From the NCBI GenBank assembly GCA_002348185.1, contig DDYW01000021.1:24248-88247 (forward strand): DNA of 64,000 nucleotides. The letters run 5' to 3'. The DNA comes from Candidatus Hydrogenedentes bacterium UBA2224. GTDB lineage: Bacteria; Hydrogenedentota; Hydrogenedentia; Hydrogenedentales; SLHB01. The first letter of the stretch is position 1; the number at the start of each line of letters is the position of its first letter. The position numbers and the translations under genes are program-made. This document shows, in pieces, positions 1 through 9,115 of the stretch. Under the pieces are notes generated by a model. It was not told where the DNA came from and searched no databases. It saw only the letters and a list, made by a program, of their open reading frames with translations.

Positions 1-85
1 GGTTCGGCAGACGCCCCGCATCCATCCAGGGTTCCACCAGGGACGGTTCAGCGCCGTCCAGACCTATCAACAGAAACCGTGCCAT
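1..85 (-). CDS. 5' end (about 28 codons) of an alkaline-phosphatase-superfamily / type I phosphodiesterase-nucleotide pyrophosphatase-like protein; the rest lies left of the window
   Basis: Reverse strand from the ATG (complement of 83-85) reads MARFLLIGLDGAEPSLVEPWMDAGRLPN, the typical N-terminal LIGLDG strand of that family. Absent from the ORF track because it is cut by the window edge. Confidence 0.4.
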   Translation of the reverse strand, partial: MARFLLIGLDGAEPSLVEPWMDAGRLPN

Positions 86-476
86 GCCCCCATTCTATAG
101 CAAAACCCGCGCCGGAAGCAGGGTGACCCGGGACCGGCGGCCCGGCGAATTCTTATGGACAACTAGCAAACAATGGGCTATAGTAGACTCATACACGCGG
201 TGCCAGGCCGGGTGTTACGGGCTGGGGCATGCACCAGGCGCGCGCCAGAATAAGGGAAAGGCGCATTGCTGGCGGCACGGGCGGCGGCGCGGAACCCGGA
301 GGGGGGTTCCAAACCGCCAGTGAGCCGGGGCGGCTGCCCGCTGCGGCTTCGGCGGCGAAGGTGTGAACCGTCTTGCGGAATGCGGCGCCTTTCCGCTCGT
401 GTCCCGCGATGGAATTCCGGGCGCCCGGTCCGGGTTGGATCCTGTGACGCGCAACTGCGCTGCAAGGTGACGCGCC

Positions 477-1400
477 ATGGCAGGATTTCGTCCGGGAAAA
501 GCTGTCGCGCTGCTGCTCAAAGGGATCATCCTGTTCGTTATCTGGGGGGTCATTGCGTTTTGCGTCTGGAAATACCTGGGCGGAGAATGGCGGCTGGTTG
601 GAGACGTGACTGCGTATGACCGGGAGGCCGACTGGTACCTGGCCGAATTCCCCTGGCTCGATCCCCCGCTGGAAGAAGGGGTGCACATCCGCGGGAGAGC
701 GGTTGTGGCCGACGTCACGGAAGGGGCCGTACTGCCCCTGACCTTCGAGTTGCCTGACGACATTACCCCGAGCTCCCCGGACGAGGTCGGCACGGTCATC
801 CAGATCGAGCGTTTTCTGGAGGAAACCGGCGCCTACGACGACGACACCCCGGCCTACCGCCAGAATGCGCTGGTCCGCATCGTCGACCTGGGATACGAGT
901 GCGTGATTGGCGAAGCGTTTATCCAGGGCGGGGAACCGCCTGACGAAAAGCCGAAAAAGGGTCCCGGGCTTGGTGAGCCGCCCGATGACCAGATCCCGGC
1001 CCTTGTTGCGGAGCTGCCGCGGCTCACGCTCGATGGCAACCGGGTTTTGGCCGGCGCGCCCGAGGCCTCGGCCCGGGGCGGGCTGCCGGGCGGACGCCGC
1101 ACTAGCGCGTTTGCGACCACGCCGCAGTTCGCGAGCGGCGAGGCCCGCGGCGGCGGTGCGCATGCGGCGTCGGGCCGCGCGGGCGCAGCGCGAAAGCCCA
1201 AAGCAGCGGATCTCACGGCGCGGCTGGTTGAGGGTATGACTCCCCGGGATGTCGGCACCGTGCTGGGAGACCCCGCAAGCCACTCCACCATCGGGTCCGG
1301 CGAGCGCGAGGTCAAACGGTATACGTGGCGGCTGCCCGACGGCAGCACGCTCACGTGCAGTTTTCGCGCGGACACCCTCCAGAAATGGGAGGTGGAGTAG
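477..1400 (+). CDS. membrane-anchored hypothetical protein with a C-terminal SmpA/OmlA (BamE)-like domain
   Basis: N-terminal TM helix (AVALLLKGIILFVIWGVIAFCVW). C-terminal GMTPRDVGTVLGDP...YTWRLPDGSTLTCSF...KWEV resembles the BamE/DUF3862 fold. Antisense ORFs are Arg/Ala-rich junk. Confidence 0.6.
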   Translation: MAGFRPGKAVALLLKGIILFVIWGVIAFCVWKYLGGEWRLVGDVTAYDREADWYLAEFPWLDPPLEEGVHIRGRAVVADVTEGAVLPLTFELPDDITPSSPDEVGTVIQIERFLEETGAYDDDTPAYRQNALVRIVDLGYECVIGEAFIQGGEPPDEKPKKGPGLGEPPDDQIPALVAELPRLTLDGNRVLAGAPEASARGGLPGGRRTSAFATTPQFASGEARGGGAHAASGRAGAARKPKAADLTARLVEGMTPRDVGTVLGDPASHSTIGSGEREVKRYTWRLPDGSTLTCSFRADTLQKWEVE

Positions 1401-1536
1401 ACACCGCCACTCGCCGTCGCGGAGGCTCCGCCGTAAACCCGGGCCAATTCCCGTCAACTTGAACCGCCCGCCCCAAAACCGCTATTACTTAGCCCCATCA
1501 TCAATCGCGCCATCCGCGGGAAGGAACGCACGTGTC

Positions 1537-2613
1537 ATGAAGAGCATCCGGGTTGCCATCGTCGGCCAGGGACGCAGCGGCCGCGGCATCCATGCCGAAT
1601 ACCTCCAGCACGTCCCCAACAGATTCACCATCGCCGCCGTGGCCGACCCCATCCGGGAACGCCGCGACCGCGCTGCCCGGGAGTTCGGATGCGACGCCTA
1701 CAGCAGCCACAGGCCGCTCCTGAAACGCCGCGACATCGACCTGGTCATCAACGCGACGCCCAGCCACCTTCACGTGCCGTACACGCTCGAATTCCTGAAT
1801 GCGGGGTTCAACGTGCTTTGCGAAAAGCCCCTGGCCGTGAAGGTCAGGGACGTGGATCGACTCATCGCCGCGCAGAAGAAGCGTGGGACGGTGTTCGCGA
1901 TATTCCAGCAGTCGCGTTACGCGCCGTATTTTCAGCAGGTGCGCAAGGTCATTGCCTCGGGCGTCCTGGGCGACCTTGTGCAGGTCAATATCCAGTTCAA
2001 CGGGTTCAGCCGCCGGTACGACTGGCAGACCCTCACCGCGTTCGACGGGGGCAACCTGCTCAACACGGGTCCGCATCCCCTGGATCAGGCCCTGCAACTC
2101 TTCGGAACGGACATCATGCCCCGGGTTTTTTGCGTGATGCGCCGGGCCGTCAACTACGGCGATGCCGAGGATCACGTGCTGCTGGTACTCGAAGGGGAGG
2201 GGCGGCCCATCATCAACCTCGAGATCTCGTCGTGCTGCACGTATCCGCCCTATACCTACAACGTCTACGGCACCCGCGGCGGCCTCCGCGGCTCCATGGG
2301 CCGGCTCGAATGGCAGTACTACCTGCCCGAAGAAGCGCCGAAGCTCCGCCTCCAGAAGCGCCCCCTCACCAACAGCGCGGGCAACCCCGTCTATTGCTCC
2401 GACACGCTGACCTGGCACAAGAGAACCTGGAAGGCGCCCAAATCAAAACAAGATCTGTTCAACGCCATTTCGCACGGGTTCTATTCGATGCTCTACAAGA
2501 CCCTGACCCGGGGCGTCCCGCTCGAGATCACTCCGATGCAGGTGCGGCAGCAGATCGCCGTCATCGAGGAATGCCAGCGTCAGAACCCCCATATCTACGG
2601 AAAGAACACGTAG
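1537..2613 (+). CDS. Gfo/Idh/MocA family oxidoreductase
   Basis: MKSIRVAIVGQGRSGRGIHAEYL Rossmann N-terminus and a CEKPLA motif. GGAAGGA box upstream of the ATG at 1537; the track ORF from 1249 is an upstream extension. Confidence 0.9.
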   Translation: MKSIRVAIVGQGRSGRGIHAEYLQHVPNRFTIAAVADPIRERRDRAAREFGCDAYSSHRPLLKRRDIDLVINATPSHLHVPYTLEFLNAGFNVLCEKPLAVKVRDVDRLIAAQKKRGTVFAIFQQSRYAPYFQQVRKVIASGVLGDLVQVNIQFNGFSRRYDWQTLTAFDGGNLLNTGPHPLDQALQLFGTDIMPRVFCVMRRAVNYGDAEDHVLLVLEGEGRPIINLEISSCCTYPPYTYNVYGTRGGLRGSMGRLEWQYYLPEEAPKLRLQKRPLTNSAGNPVYCSDTLTWHKRTWKAPKSKQDLFNAISHGFYSMLYKTLTRGVPLEITPMQVRQQIAVIEECQRQNPHIYGKNT

Positions 2614-2799
2614 TCACCGTGTCAATGCGCCTCGGTGTGTAACTGCCGCGTCCGCTTCTCGCTTCTCACACCAAGCCACAAAGACACAAAGACACAGAGA
2701 GGCCTTCTGTCTCAATCCAGGGCGCCATTGATGATGCGTGATATGCCGTGCGAAGGTCGCGAACAGGACGGGGTGAGTGCACACTGGGCCCCTGCTTTC

Positions 2800-2857
2800 G
2801 CAGGGGAGACGGGAGGGGCAGGGGGAACGGGAGAGGGGCAGGGGAGACGGGAGAGGC
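2800..2857 (+). repeat. purine-rich ~19-bp tandem repeat (3 copies) with many G3-G5 runs
   Basis: gcaggggagacgggagggg / gcagggggaacgggagagggg / gcaggggagacgggagagg, read directly. Confidence 0.7.
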
Positions 2858-2902
2858 GCGTACCCCATAGGGCGCACCGCAAAAGACACCCCCACGGAAA
2901 AC

Positions 2903-2935
2903 GCGCGGCGCCGGAGATCGACCCCGGCGCCGCGC
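2903..2935. terminator. 12-bp perfect GC hairpin between convergent genes (candidate bidirectional terminator)
   Basis: gcgcggcgccgg-agatcgacc-ccggcgccgcgc. It lies between the stops at 2613 (+) and 2983 (-). No clear U-tract. Confidence 0.45.
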
Positions 2936-2982
2936 GCGCAATGTAACCTCTCGCTCTTTGTTCTTGCTGACGTTTCCCTGTG

Positions 2983-3681
2983 CTATTCCGTCAGAGTGAC
3001 CGCGTCGGCCCTTGCCTGCTGGCTGAGGCTGGTGTTCTTGACCGCCTCGTCCGAGGCCTTCTTGCCGCAACCCGAGCCGCATGCGGACGCGCAACCCGAG
3101 CCCGAAGAGCAGCTGGACTCGCCCTTGCGACCGCCCTGTTTCTCGTCGGACGCCAGCGCTGCCGCTTTCGCGGCGGCCAGCGGACACGAGGCTTCGTCCA
3201 CGGCGGCCTGCAGGCCGCACGCCGCACCCTCTGCCTTCGCCGCTACGCCGCAGGCGGCCCCTTCAGCCTTGGCAGCCGCACCACACGCGCCGCCTTCAGC
3301 CTTGGCAACGGTCCCGCACGCGGCGCTCTTCGCTGCACCGCACGCGCCGCCATCAGCCTTGTCCGCCGCAGGCCCGGACTTCTGCGTGGCCGCATATTCG
3401 GCCCACACCGCCTGGCTGCGGCCCTCTTTGGTGTTCAGGTCGGCGGTTTTCGCCGCGCTCGCAGACGTGTCTTTTCCACACGCCCGTCCGCGTTCACTGT
3501 GGGCGTTCGCGGCGGTTTTGCCTTTACTACAGCCCGCCTCTGACGATGCCTCGCACGACTTCTTGCCTGCGTCGTCGACCCCCGCGCTGAGCGCCTGCTG
3601 ACCGGCCAGCCCGAAGGCAACCGCGGCGACTCCCACGATGAAAACGACGGCAAACGGTTTCAAGAATCTCACATTTTTCAT
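2983..3681 (-). CDS. membrane-anchored/secreted Cys-Ala-Gly-rich repeat protein (possible metal- or redox-binding)
   Basis: GGAGAG box 9 nt upstream of the ATG. N-terminal hydrophobic helix FAVVFIVGVAAVAFGLAG. Three AKAEG(G/A)ACG(A/V)A repeats and a C-terminal SSCSSGSGCASACGSGCG; 14 Cys in total. Confidence 0.65.
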   Translation of the reverse strand: MKNVRFLKPFAVVFIVGVAAVAFGLAGQQALSAGVDDAGKKSCEASSEAGCSKGKTAANAHSERGRACGKDTSASAAKTADLNTKEGRSQAVWAEYAATQKSGPAADKADGGACGAAKSAACGTVAKAEGGACGAAAKAEGAACGVAAKAEGAACGLQAAVDEASCPLAAAKAAALASDEKQGGRKGESSCSSGSGCASACGSGCGKKASDEAVKNTSLSQQARADAVTLTE

Positions 3682-3867
3682 AGATTAAACTCTCCGGTTT
3701 GAGGTGCTCTCGCTTGGTATCTCTTGTACGTAAGGGAACCATTCCCGCGGAAGGTTCATTCCACCGAGCAGAGGTCCACGTCCGGAATCGAAGGAACACG
3801 GACAAACCGATGCTGTCTGATGGGTTACCCCGTCTGTCCAGGCGCGGGGCCCCCGACGGCGCCCCGC

Positions 3868-5085
3868 TTATTTCGCGGCCGCCCACTCGGCTTTCGGGGG
3901 CGCGACGTAATCGGCATAGCGGTCCGCGACCCCGGCCTGTTCGGCGTCGCCCGAGTGGATGTAGACCCGGTAGGCAAAGGTGAGCGATTCGCCGTTCTTC
4001 AGGGTGTAGTCGCCGTTCTCGGCGCCGTCGGTGAAATGGCTCAGCCCGAAGCAGTTGGCGCCCATGAGACCGTAATCGCGCACGTGCCAGCGCGAGGGGT
4101 GCCGCAGGTTGGCGGGGTTGTCGAACACGGCGACGCCGCGCACGCCCGCGCCCTCGAACGCGCCCGAGTAATCGCACCACACGGAGGGCTTGCCCCAGCA
4201 CGCCTGCATGCCTTTGAGGCCGTCGGCATTGGTGATCACGCCCGCGCCGTTTTTCTCGAGGATTGCGTCATGCATCCGCAGAGACACGATGCCGCCTTCC
4301 TTGGTATCGCCGAATTTGGCTTCGCCGTACGCGGCCGTGAAGGTTACTTTCACATCGACCATCTTCATGCTTTCGGGGGTATTGTAGAAACGGTATTCGC
4401 GCGCTTCGGCGATGACCGGATTGTGGTCCTTGTCCTGCCAGGTATTTTCGGCGGTGATCCAGCCGTAGGCGCCGCCCGAACCGCCCACTACGGCATCCGA
4501 ATGCTGGTAGCCTGATCTTTCGCTCGTCTCGGCCCAGCAGTCCATGCCGTTAATGTCGCCGTAGGCCGTCCAGAACGATTTCTGGTGCACGTGGTCTTCC
4601 GTGGCGACCTTCTCGCCCATGGGCCAGTCGCGGGTCACGCCCACGCCGCCCTCGGACAGCACCGGCCACAGGTAAGGTTTGCGGTTGTCGTTGCTGTAGG
4701 TATAGGTCGTAAAGGGCTTTCCGGCGATTACCACGTCCAGGGCATCGGCGTTGCCCTGTTTGACGATCTCGACCGGCGGCGCTGCGTCGGCGGATTTCAG
4801 CTTCACGACGTAATCGCGCTCTTCGCCGGGCGCGACGTTCTCGACGACAAACACAAACTCGCCGTTGCGCACGGTGGCGGGATACTCCTTGCCGGATGCC
4901 GAGTCCACCACCACAACGCACTGGCCGTCGGCCGGTTTTGCGCCGTCGCAGGGCAAGGCCACGGGCGCCCACTGGCTCGATTGACTGCCCGCCGTCACAT
5001 GAATCTGCCGGCCGTCGAGGCTCTGGGCTCCCGCCAGACCCGCCGTCAAGGCTATCGCCAACGTGCAACACAAGATCACTCGCAT
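3868..5085 (-). CDS. DUF6807 (PmoA-like) family protein, secreted
   Basis: Signal peptide MRVILCCTLAIALTAGLAGA. YSNDNRKPYLWPV and HQKSFW motifs are typical of the family. GGAAAGGAAA box before the ATG at 5085. Confidence 0.8.
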   Translation of the reverse strand: MRVILCCTLAIALTAGLAGAQSLDGRQIHVTAGSQSSQWAPVALPCDGAKPADGQCVVVVDSASGKEYPATVRNGEFVFVVENVAPGEERDYVVKLKSADAAPPVEIVKQGNADALDVVIAGKPFTTYTYSNDNRKPYLWPVLSEGGVGVTRDWPMGEKVATEDHVHQKSFWTAYGDINGMDCWAETSERSGYQHSDAVVGGSGGAYGWITAENTWQDKDHNPVIAEAREYRFYNTPESMKMVDVKVTFTAAYGEAKFGDTKEGGIVSLRMHDAILEKNGAGVITNADGLKGMQACWGKPSVWCDYSGAFEGAGVRGVAVFDNPANLRHPSRWHVRDYGLMGANCFGLSHFTDGAENGDYTLKNGESLTFAYRVYIHSGDAEQAGVADRYADYVAPPKAEWAAAK

Positions 5086-5336
5086 GGACCGTTTCCTTTC
5101 CGTCTGTCGATGTTCGGACGCCGTCCCGTGTTGGCCGGGACACGCGTTTCGCGCCGCACCACGATCGCTGTACTGTAGCAAACACCGGGGGCGCGCCGCA
5201 AAACGGGCCCGTGCCTGCTGGCCATACGCGCCAGCAACAGGGGAGGCCGCGGGAACGGCCCGCCCGGCGTGCCCAACGGCAAATTATCTTCCAGGCTTGA
5301 TATTCCTTACCCTTTTATCACTATTATGATTAGCAA

Positions 5337-5366
5337 TTGACATATTGCCACGGTGTGAAGTAAAGT
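5337..5366 (+). promoter_or_regulatory. sigma70-like promoter candidate for the pseudopilin operon
   Basis: TTGACA, 18-nt spacer, TAAAGT, inside a local AT-rich island upstream of 5393. Confidence 0.4.
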
Positions 5367-5392
5367 AACACTCGACAGATGGGGAGATTGCT

Positions 5393-6016
5393 GTGCCGCA
5401 CCGTGCAACGGTCCGCGTGTCGGCTTCGGACACGGCGGCGGCGGGCGGCGCAGAGCTTACACCAAGCGAAAAAGGGGACCAATCCGTGTTACCGACACAT
5501 CGCGACCGCCCGGGCTCGCGGCCTCGCAGAAGGCGGGAAGGCTTCACGCTGGTCGAAGTACTCGTGGCCCTTGCCGTCCTCAGCGTCGCCACCTGGATCA
5601 TCCTCTCCCTCTTCAGCAGCAGTCTCAAACTGGAACGGATCGCGCGCTCGACGCGCGTGGCGACCGACCTGGCCCGCGACCGGATGGCGGACATCCTCGC
5701 GCGGCCGGGCGCGTACGCCTGGCCCGCGGCCGACGCCATTACGGCTGAGACGGGGGCGCCGCTCAAACTCCTCAACGAATCCCCGCAAGAGGGCGCGTTC
5801 GCCGTGCCCGCCGTGCTGCCGGCCAGCCCGCTCGCGCGGAGTTCGGAGCAGGTCTTTTACGAGCGGTTCGGCTGGGAGGCCTTCGTTAAACAGCCTGCCG
5901 AGGGCCGCGGCTTTTACGAAGTGCTGGTCGTCGTGCGCTGGACGGAAGCGAACCGCCCCCAACAGGTCGTCCTGACCGGCAGCATTCCGGTGGCGATGAC
6001 GAAGGAGGCCTCATGA
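5393..6016 (+). CDS. type II secretion/pilus minor pseudopilin, GspI-like
   Basis: Prepilin cleavage/methylation motif G|FTLVEVLVALAVL. C-terminal YEVLVVVRWTEANRPQQVVLTGSI is GspI-like. GTG at 5393 has a GGGGAG box. An internal GTG (VLPTHRD...) would give a more typical 19-aa leader. Confidence 0.75.
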   Translation: MPHRATVRVSASDTAAAGGAELTPSEKGDQSVLPTHRDRPGSRPRRRREGFTLVEVLVALAVLSVATWIILSLFSSSLKLERIARSTRVATDLARDRMADILARPGAYAWPAADAITAETGAPLKLLNESPQEGAFAVPAVLPASPLARSSEQVFYERFGWEAFVKQPAEGRGFYEVLVVVRWTEANRPQQVVLTGSIPVAMTKEAS

Positions 6017-6639
6017 TGCACGCACGCACCACGCAGGGGTTCACCCTCGTCGAACTGATCCTGGTCATTGCCATCCTCGGCATCCTGTCGACCATGGGCG
6101 TCGTGATGTTCGGGCGCATCAACAATGCCTGGACCCTCACCCGGAACCGTACCGAACTGGATGCCAAAGCGGAGTATGCCCTGGATCAGATCCGGCAGGA
6201 TCTGACCGACCTGGTATCTCCCGCGCTGACCGGTGCCCCGTTGCAGGGCGCAGATGCGGCCGTACCCGATGCGGCGTTCCCCGGCGCGAACGCGGCTTCC
6301 GACACGCTGATTATCCCCATTCGGGGCGAGACCCCGTCGGGCACCGAAACGCTGGCCGCGGCGAAATACGCCGTTCAGACCGAGGGCGGCGCCCGCGTCC
6401 TGACACGCACTCAGACGGGACTCTACGGCGAAGCCCAGGAAAACGTGCCTCCTGCGAAGGTTGCCGAGGGCGTGGCGCAGTTTAACGTGCAGTTCCTGGG
6501 GCCGGAGGGCCAATGGCAGGATGCCTGGGAGACCGCGACGCCCCCGGCGGCGGTCCGGGTATCTCTGGTAGTGGCCAATCCTGACAGGCCGGAGCGGCAG
6601 GTGGCCCGCGAAACCGTGTTCGCCGTTCGGGCAAACTAA
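6013..6639 (+). CDS. minor pseudopilin, GspJ/PulJ-like
   Basis: QGFTLVELILVIAILGILS prepilin N-terminus. ATGA overlap with the upstream stop; GAAGGAGG box. Confidence 0.8.
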   Translation: MMHARTTQGFTLVELILVIAILGILSTMGVVMFGRINNAWTLTRNRTELDAKAEYALDQIRQDLTDLVSPALTGAPLQGADAAVPDAAFPGANAASDTLIIPIRGETPSGTETLAAAKYAVQTEGGARVLTRTQTGLYGEAQENVPPAKVAEGVAQFNVQFLGPEGQWQDAWETATPPAAVRVSLVVANPDRPERQVARETVFAVRAN

Positions 6640-6649
6640 GGGGTTGTCT

Positions 6650-7660
6650 ATGAACATGGCCAGACGAGAACGCAAGCAACGGGGCGCGGCCCTGATCATC
6701 GCGCTGGGGATGCTGGCGGTATTCGCCGCCCTCGGCACGGCCTACCTCGGCTACATGGTCCTTGAACAGCAGCGCTCGCAGGAGTACCTCGCCGAAGTGC
6801 ATGCGCGCCAGTTGGCCGACCGCGCGATCTGGGCCGCCGTCGGCGAGATCCAGGCGGCGCTCGCGAACGGCGAAACACCGGCGCTGGGCGCGCACGACGA
6901 ACATCTTCTGCCGCAATACCGCGCGGTCATCGAGGGGACGCCCGAGGCTTGGTCGCGCCGGGACGGCTGGGTTCGGATCGCCATCGAGGACGAATCGGCC
7001 AAGCTCAACATCAATCATGCGCCGCCCCGTGTGCTGCAGGCCATGCTGGGCGTCGACGGCGACAAGGCCCGGAGCATCCGCAGCCAGGTCCCGCGGCCCG
7101 GCGAGTCTCCCGGCCCGCAACAGCGCTGGTTCGCCAGCGTCGACGGACTGGTCGAGCGCGGCTTCCTCACCGATGAGGCCCTCGCCCAGCGTGAACCGCG
7201 GCGCGGGGCTTGGCTTACGGCGTACTCGGTCGCCGACAACCTCGCCCCCAAAGCGTATCTGAACGTCAACACGGCGCCGAAAGAAGTTCTCGCGGCCGTG
7301 TTCAATGCGGAAGCCGCCGAGCGCATCGTTGCGGCGCGCGCCCAGGCCCCCATCGCCGATTTCGCGGGGCTGGTGCAGGCCGCCCAGGCGGAGCCGTCGA
7401 CCTTCAACCTGGATATCCCGGCGGACGGAAGCGCGCCTCCCGAACTCGCGTTTCAGTCGCGCAGCTTCCGTATTGCCTGCGAGGCGAAGGCACGAAAAGA
7501 AGGGGAGTCGCTCGCGGCGTGCCGCGTGGAGGCGGTCGTCGTGTTGTCAGATACGGGAGTCGCGAACATCACGTATTGGAAGGAAATGCCGGCCGCGCTC
7601 GCTGACGAGGAGGCGCCGGAGCCAGGTTCCGATACACAACAGGCAGTGGCGGAATCGTAA
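6650..7660 (+). CDS. gspK: type II secretion system protein K (GspK)-like
   Basis: RGAALIIALGMLAV N-terminus and IEDESAKLNINHAP (the GspK DESxKLNxN signature). AAGGGG box before the ATG at 6650. Confidence 0.8.
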   Translation: MNMARRERKQRGAALIIALGMLAVFAALGTAYLGYMVLEQQRSQEYLAEVHARQLADRAIWAAVGEIQAALANGETPALGAHDEHLLPQYRAVIEGTPEAWSRRDGWVRIAIEDESAKLNINHAPPRVLQAMLGVDGDKARSIRSQVPRPGESPGPQQRWFASVDGLVERGFLTDEALAQREPRRGAWLTAYSVADNLAPKAYLNVNTAPKEVLAAVFNAEAAERIVAARAQAPIADFAGLVQAAQAEPSTFNLDIPADGSAPPELAFQSRSFRIACEAKARKEGESLAACRVEAVVVLSDTGVANITYWKEMPAALADEEAPEPGSDTQQAVAES

Positions 7661-7691
7661 GCGCACGCGATGGAATGGAGGAACTACTACA

Positions 7692-8969
7692 ATGCCATCC
7701 AAAGCCGACAATGCTCAAGAACCGGGCCGGAAAGTAAAGCGGGTGCGGAGGGGTTCGGCCCGACAGCCGGCCAAAGCCGCCCCGAGTGACGCGGCCGAAG
7801 AAGCCCTCGAGTTGGAAGACGGCGCGCCGGCATCGAAGGCCTCCGCCCGGAGAGTCACGGCGATCCGCGACACGTCCGCGCCGCGCGGGAGCGGATTCTG
7901 GAACCTGGCATCCGTCCGGCGGCGGGACATCACGGTGTTCCTCCGCCAACTGGTGATGCTGCTGGAGGCCGGCACGCCGCTGCTGAAGTCGCTCAAGACC
8001 CTGGCGAACCGGCTTGAGGGCCGGGGCATCCGCAACATGGTGCAGGACCTCGCCGACCAGGTCGAGAACGGCAATCCGCTGTGGCAGGCCTTTGAACGGC
8101 ACCCGCACGAGTATTTCGATACGGTGTTCGTCGCCCTGGTCAAGGCCAGTGAGGCGAGCGGTACGCTGGTCGACACCCTGCGCCGCCAGACCGAATACTA
8201 CGAGCGCCGGGAAATGCTGCGGCGCCGCGTGAAAACCGCGCTGGTGTATCCGGCGATTCTGGTGATTCTGTGCGGCGCGGTGCTGTTCGTGATGGCCAAG
8301 TTCGTCGTGCCCGCGTTCGAGGAGATCTTCGAGGGCGCGCTGAACGTGAGCATGCCGCCGTTCACCCTGGGGCTGATCAGCGTCATCCATTTCCTGACGT
8401 CGTGGCCGATTCTGGTGGTGTTCGCGGCCATCGTAGCGCTGATCGTTGTCTACTGGGTGTGGCAGCGGAACCCCGTGAACCGCCTGCTGGCGGACCGGAT
8501 CAAGCTGCGGGTGCCGCTCCTGGGCCGGATCAGCCAGAAGTATGCGGTGGCCCAGATGACCAGCTCGCTCGCTATGATGTTGCGCAGCGGCCTTTCCATG
8601 ATGGTCACGCTGGATCTGGCGCGCAGCGCCATCCACAACCAGGCCGTGGCCCAGGTGCTCCAGAAAGTGCGCAGCTCGGTGGAGCAGGGCAGCGGCATTG
8701 AAGAACCCCTGCGCGCCGAACCGAAGGTCATCCCGCCCGTGGTCACGGATATGCTGGTCACCGGCGAGGAAGCGGGCCAATTGGATCGCGTGGCGGCCCA
8801 TATCGCCGACACCTACGAGGAAGAGGTTCAGATTGACATCAGCACGCTGACCGACCTGCTGCCGGTCATCCTGGTGGTCGTGCTGGGGATCGCGGTGCTG
8901 ATGATCGTGCTGGCCTTCTTCCTGCCGCTCATTTCCAGCATCGACCAGTTGACCTCCGCCGCTTCCTGA
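7692..8969 (+). CDS. gspF: type II secretion / type IV pilus platform protein (GspF/PilC family)
   Basis: Duplicated T2SSF-type segments (FLRQLVMLLEAGTPLLKSL; MTSSLAMMLRSGLSMMVTL) and three TM regions. GGAGGA box before the ATG at 7692. Confidence 0.9.
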   Translation: MPSKADNAQEPGRKVKRVRRGSARQPAKAAPSDAAEEALELEDGAPASKASARRVTAIRDTSAPRGSGFWNLASVRRRDITVFLRQLVMLLEAGTPLLKSLKTLANRLEGRGIRNMVQDLADQVENGNPLWQAFERHPHEYFDTVFVALVKASEASGTLVDTLRRQTEYYERREMLRRRVKTALVYPAILVILCGAVLFVMAKFVVPAFEEIFEGALNVSMPPFTLGLISVIHFLTSWPILVVFAAIVALIVVYWVWQRNPVNRLLADRIKLRVPLLGRISQKYAVAQMTSSLAMMLRSGLSMMVTLDLARSAIHNQAVAQVLQKVRSSVEQGSGIEEPLRAEPKVIPPVVTDMLVTGEEAGQLDRVAAHIADTYEEEVQIDISTLTDLLPVILVVVLGIAVLMIVLAFFLPLISSIDQLTSAAS

Positions 8970-8992
8970 GGCGGTATCCGCAAGCCTGTACC

Positions 8993-9028
8993 GAGGCGGG
9001 GCCTGACAACTTGTCACGGCCCCGCCTC
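8993..9028 (+). terminator. hairpin terminator candidate after gspF
   Basis: gaggcggggcc-N14-ggccccgcctc, followed by a T-containing tail. Confidence 0.5.
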
Positions 9029-9115
9029 TGCGTTTATGCTTGTGGCGATTTTTGGGAGCAGGTCTCCTGACACAAGCCCGGAAGCGGCAACGCCGGGGCG
9101 CAAGAAGAGAGGTTT

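Noticed and set aside
189-1457. 422-aa ORF antisense to the 477-1400 gene. The same applies to many other long antisense or out-of-frame ORFs: 7569-9137(-), 9737-10705(-), 11265-13208(+), 14189-15967(-), 17888-20674(+), 22138-23853(-), 30113-31972(-), 35561-36742(+), 36907-38613(-), 43426-44595(+), 44891-46537(+), 49376-50854(+), 50940-52250(-), 52192-54231(-), 54861-56258(-), 56120-59098(-) and 62333-63634(-).
   Set aside because: Their translations are Arg/Gly/Ala/Pro-rich with no recognisable motifs, and they mirror genes with clear family signatures and SD boxes on the other strand. This is the expected open-frame artefact of GC3-rich coding DNA.
1249-1536. N-terminal extensions proposed by the ORF track, here and at 3868-5181, 7305, 10411, 13964, 21495, 29540, 30722, 42901-44553 and others.
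   Set aside because: The extensions are Arg/Pro-rich and lack SD boxes. An internal ATG preceded by a GGAGG-like box, followed by a signal peptide or a family N-terminus, fits better.
2777-3601. 274-aa + strand ORF overlapping the Cys-rich gene.
   Set aside because: It has no SD or start context and a low-complexity Ala/Pro/Ser translation. The minus-strand ORF has an SD box, a TM helix and patterned Cys repeats.
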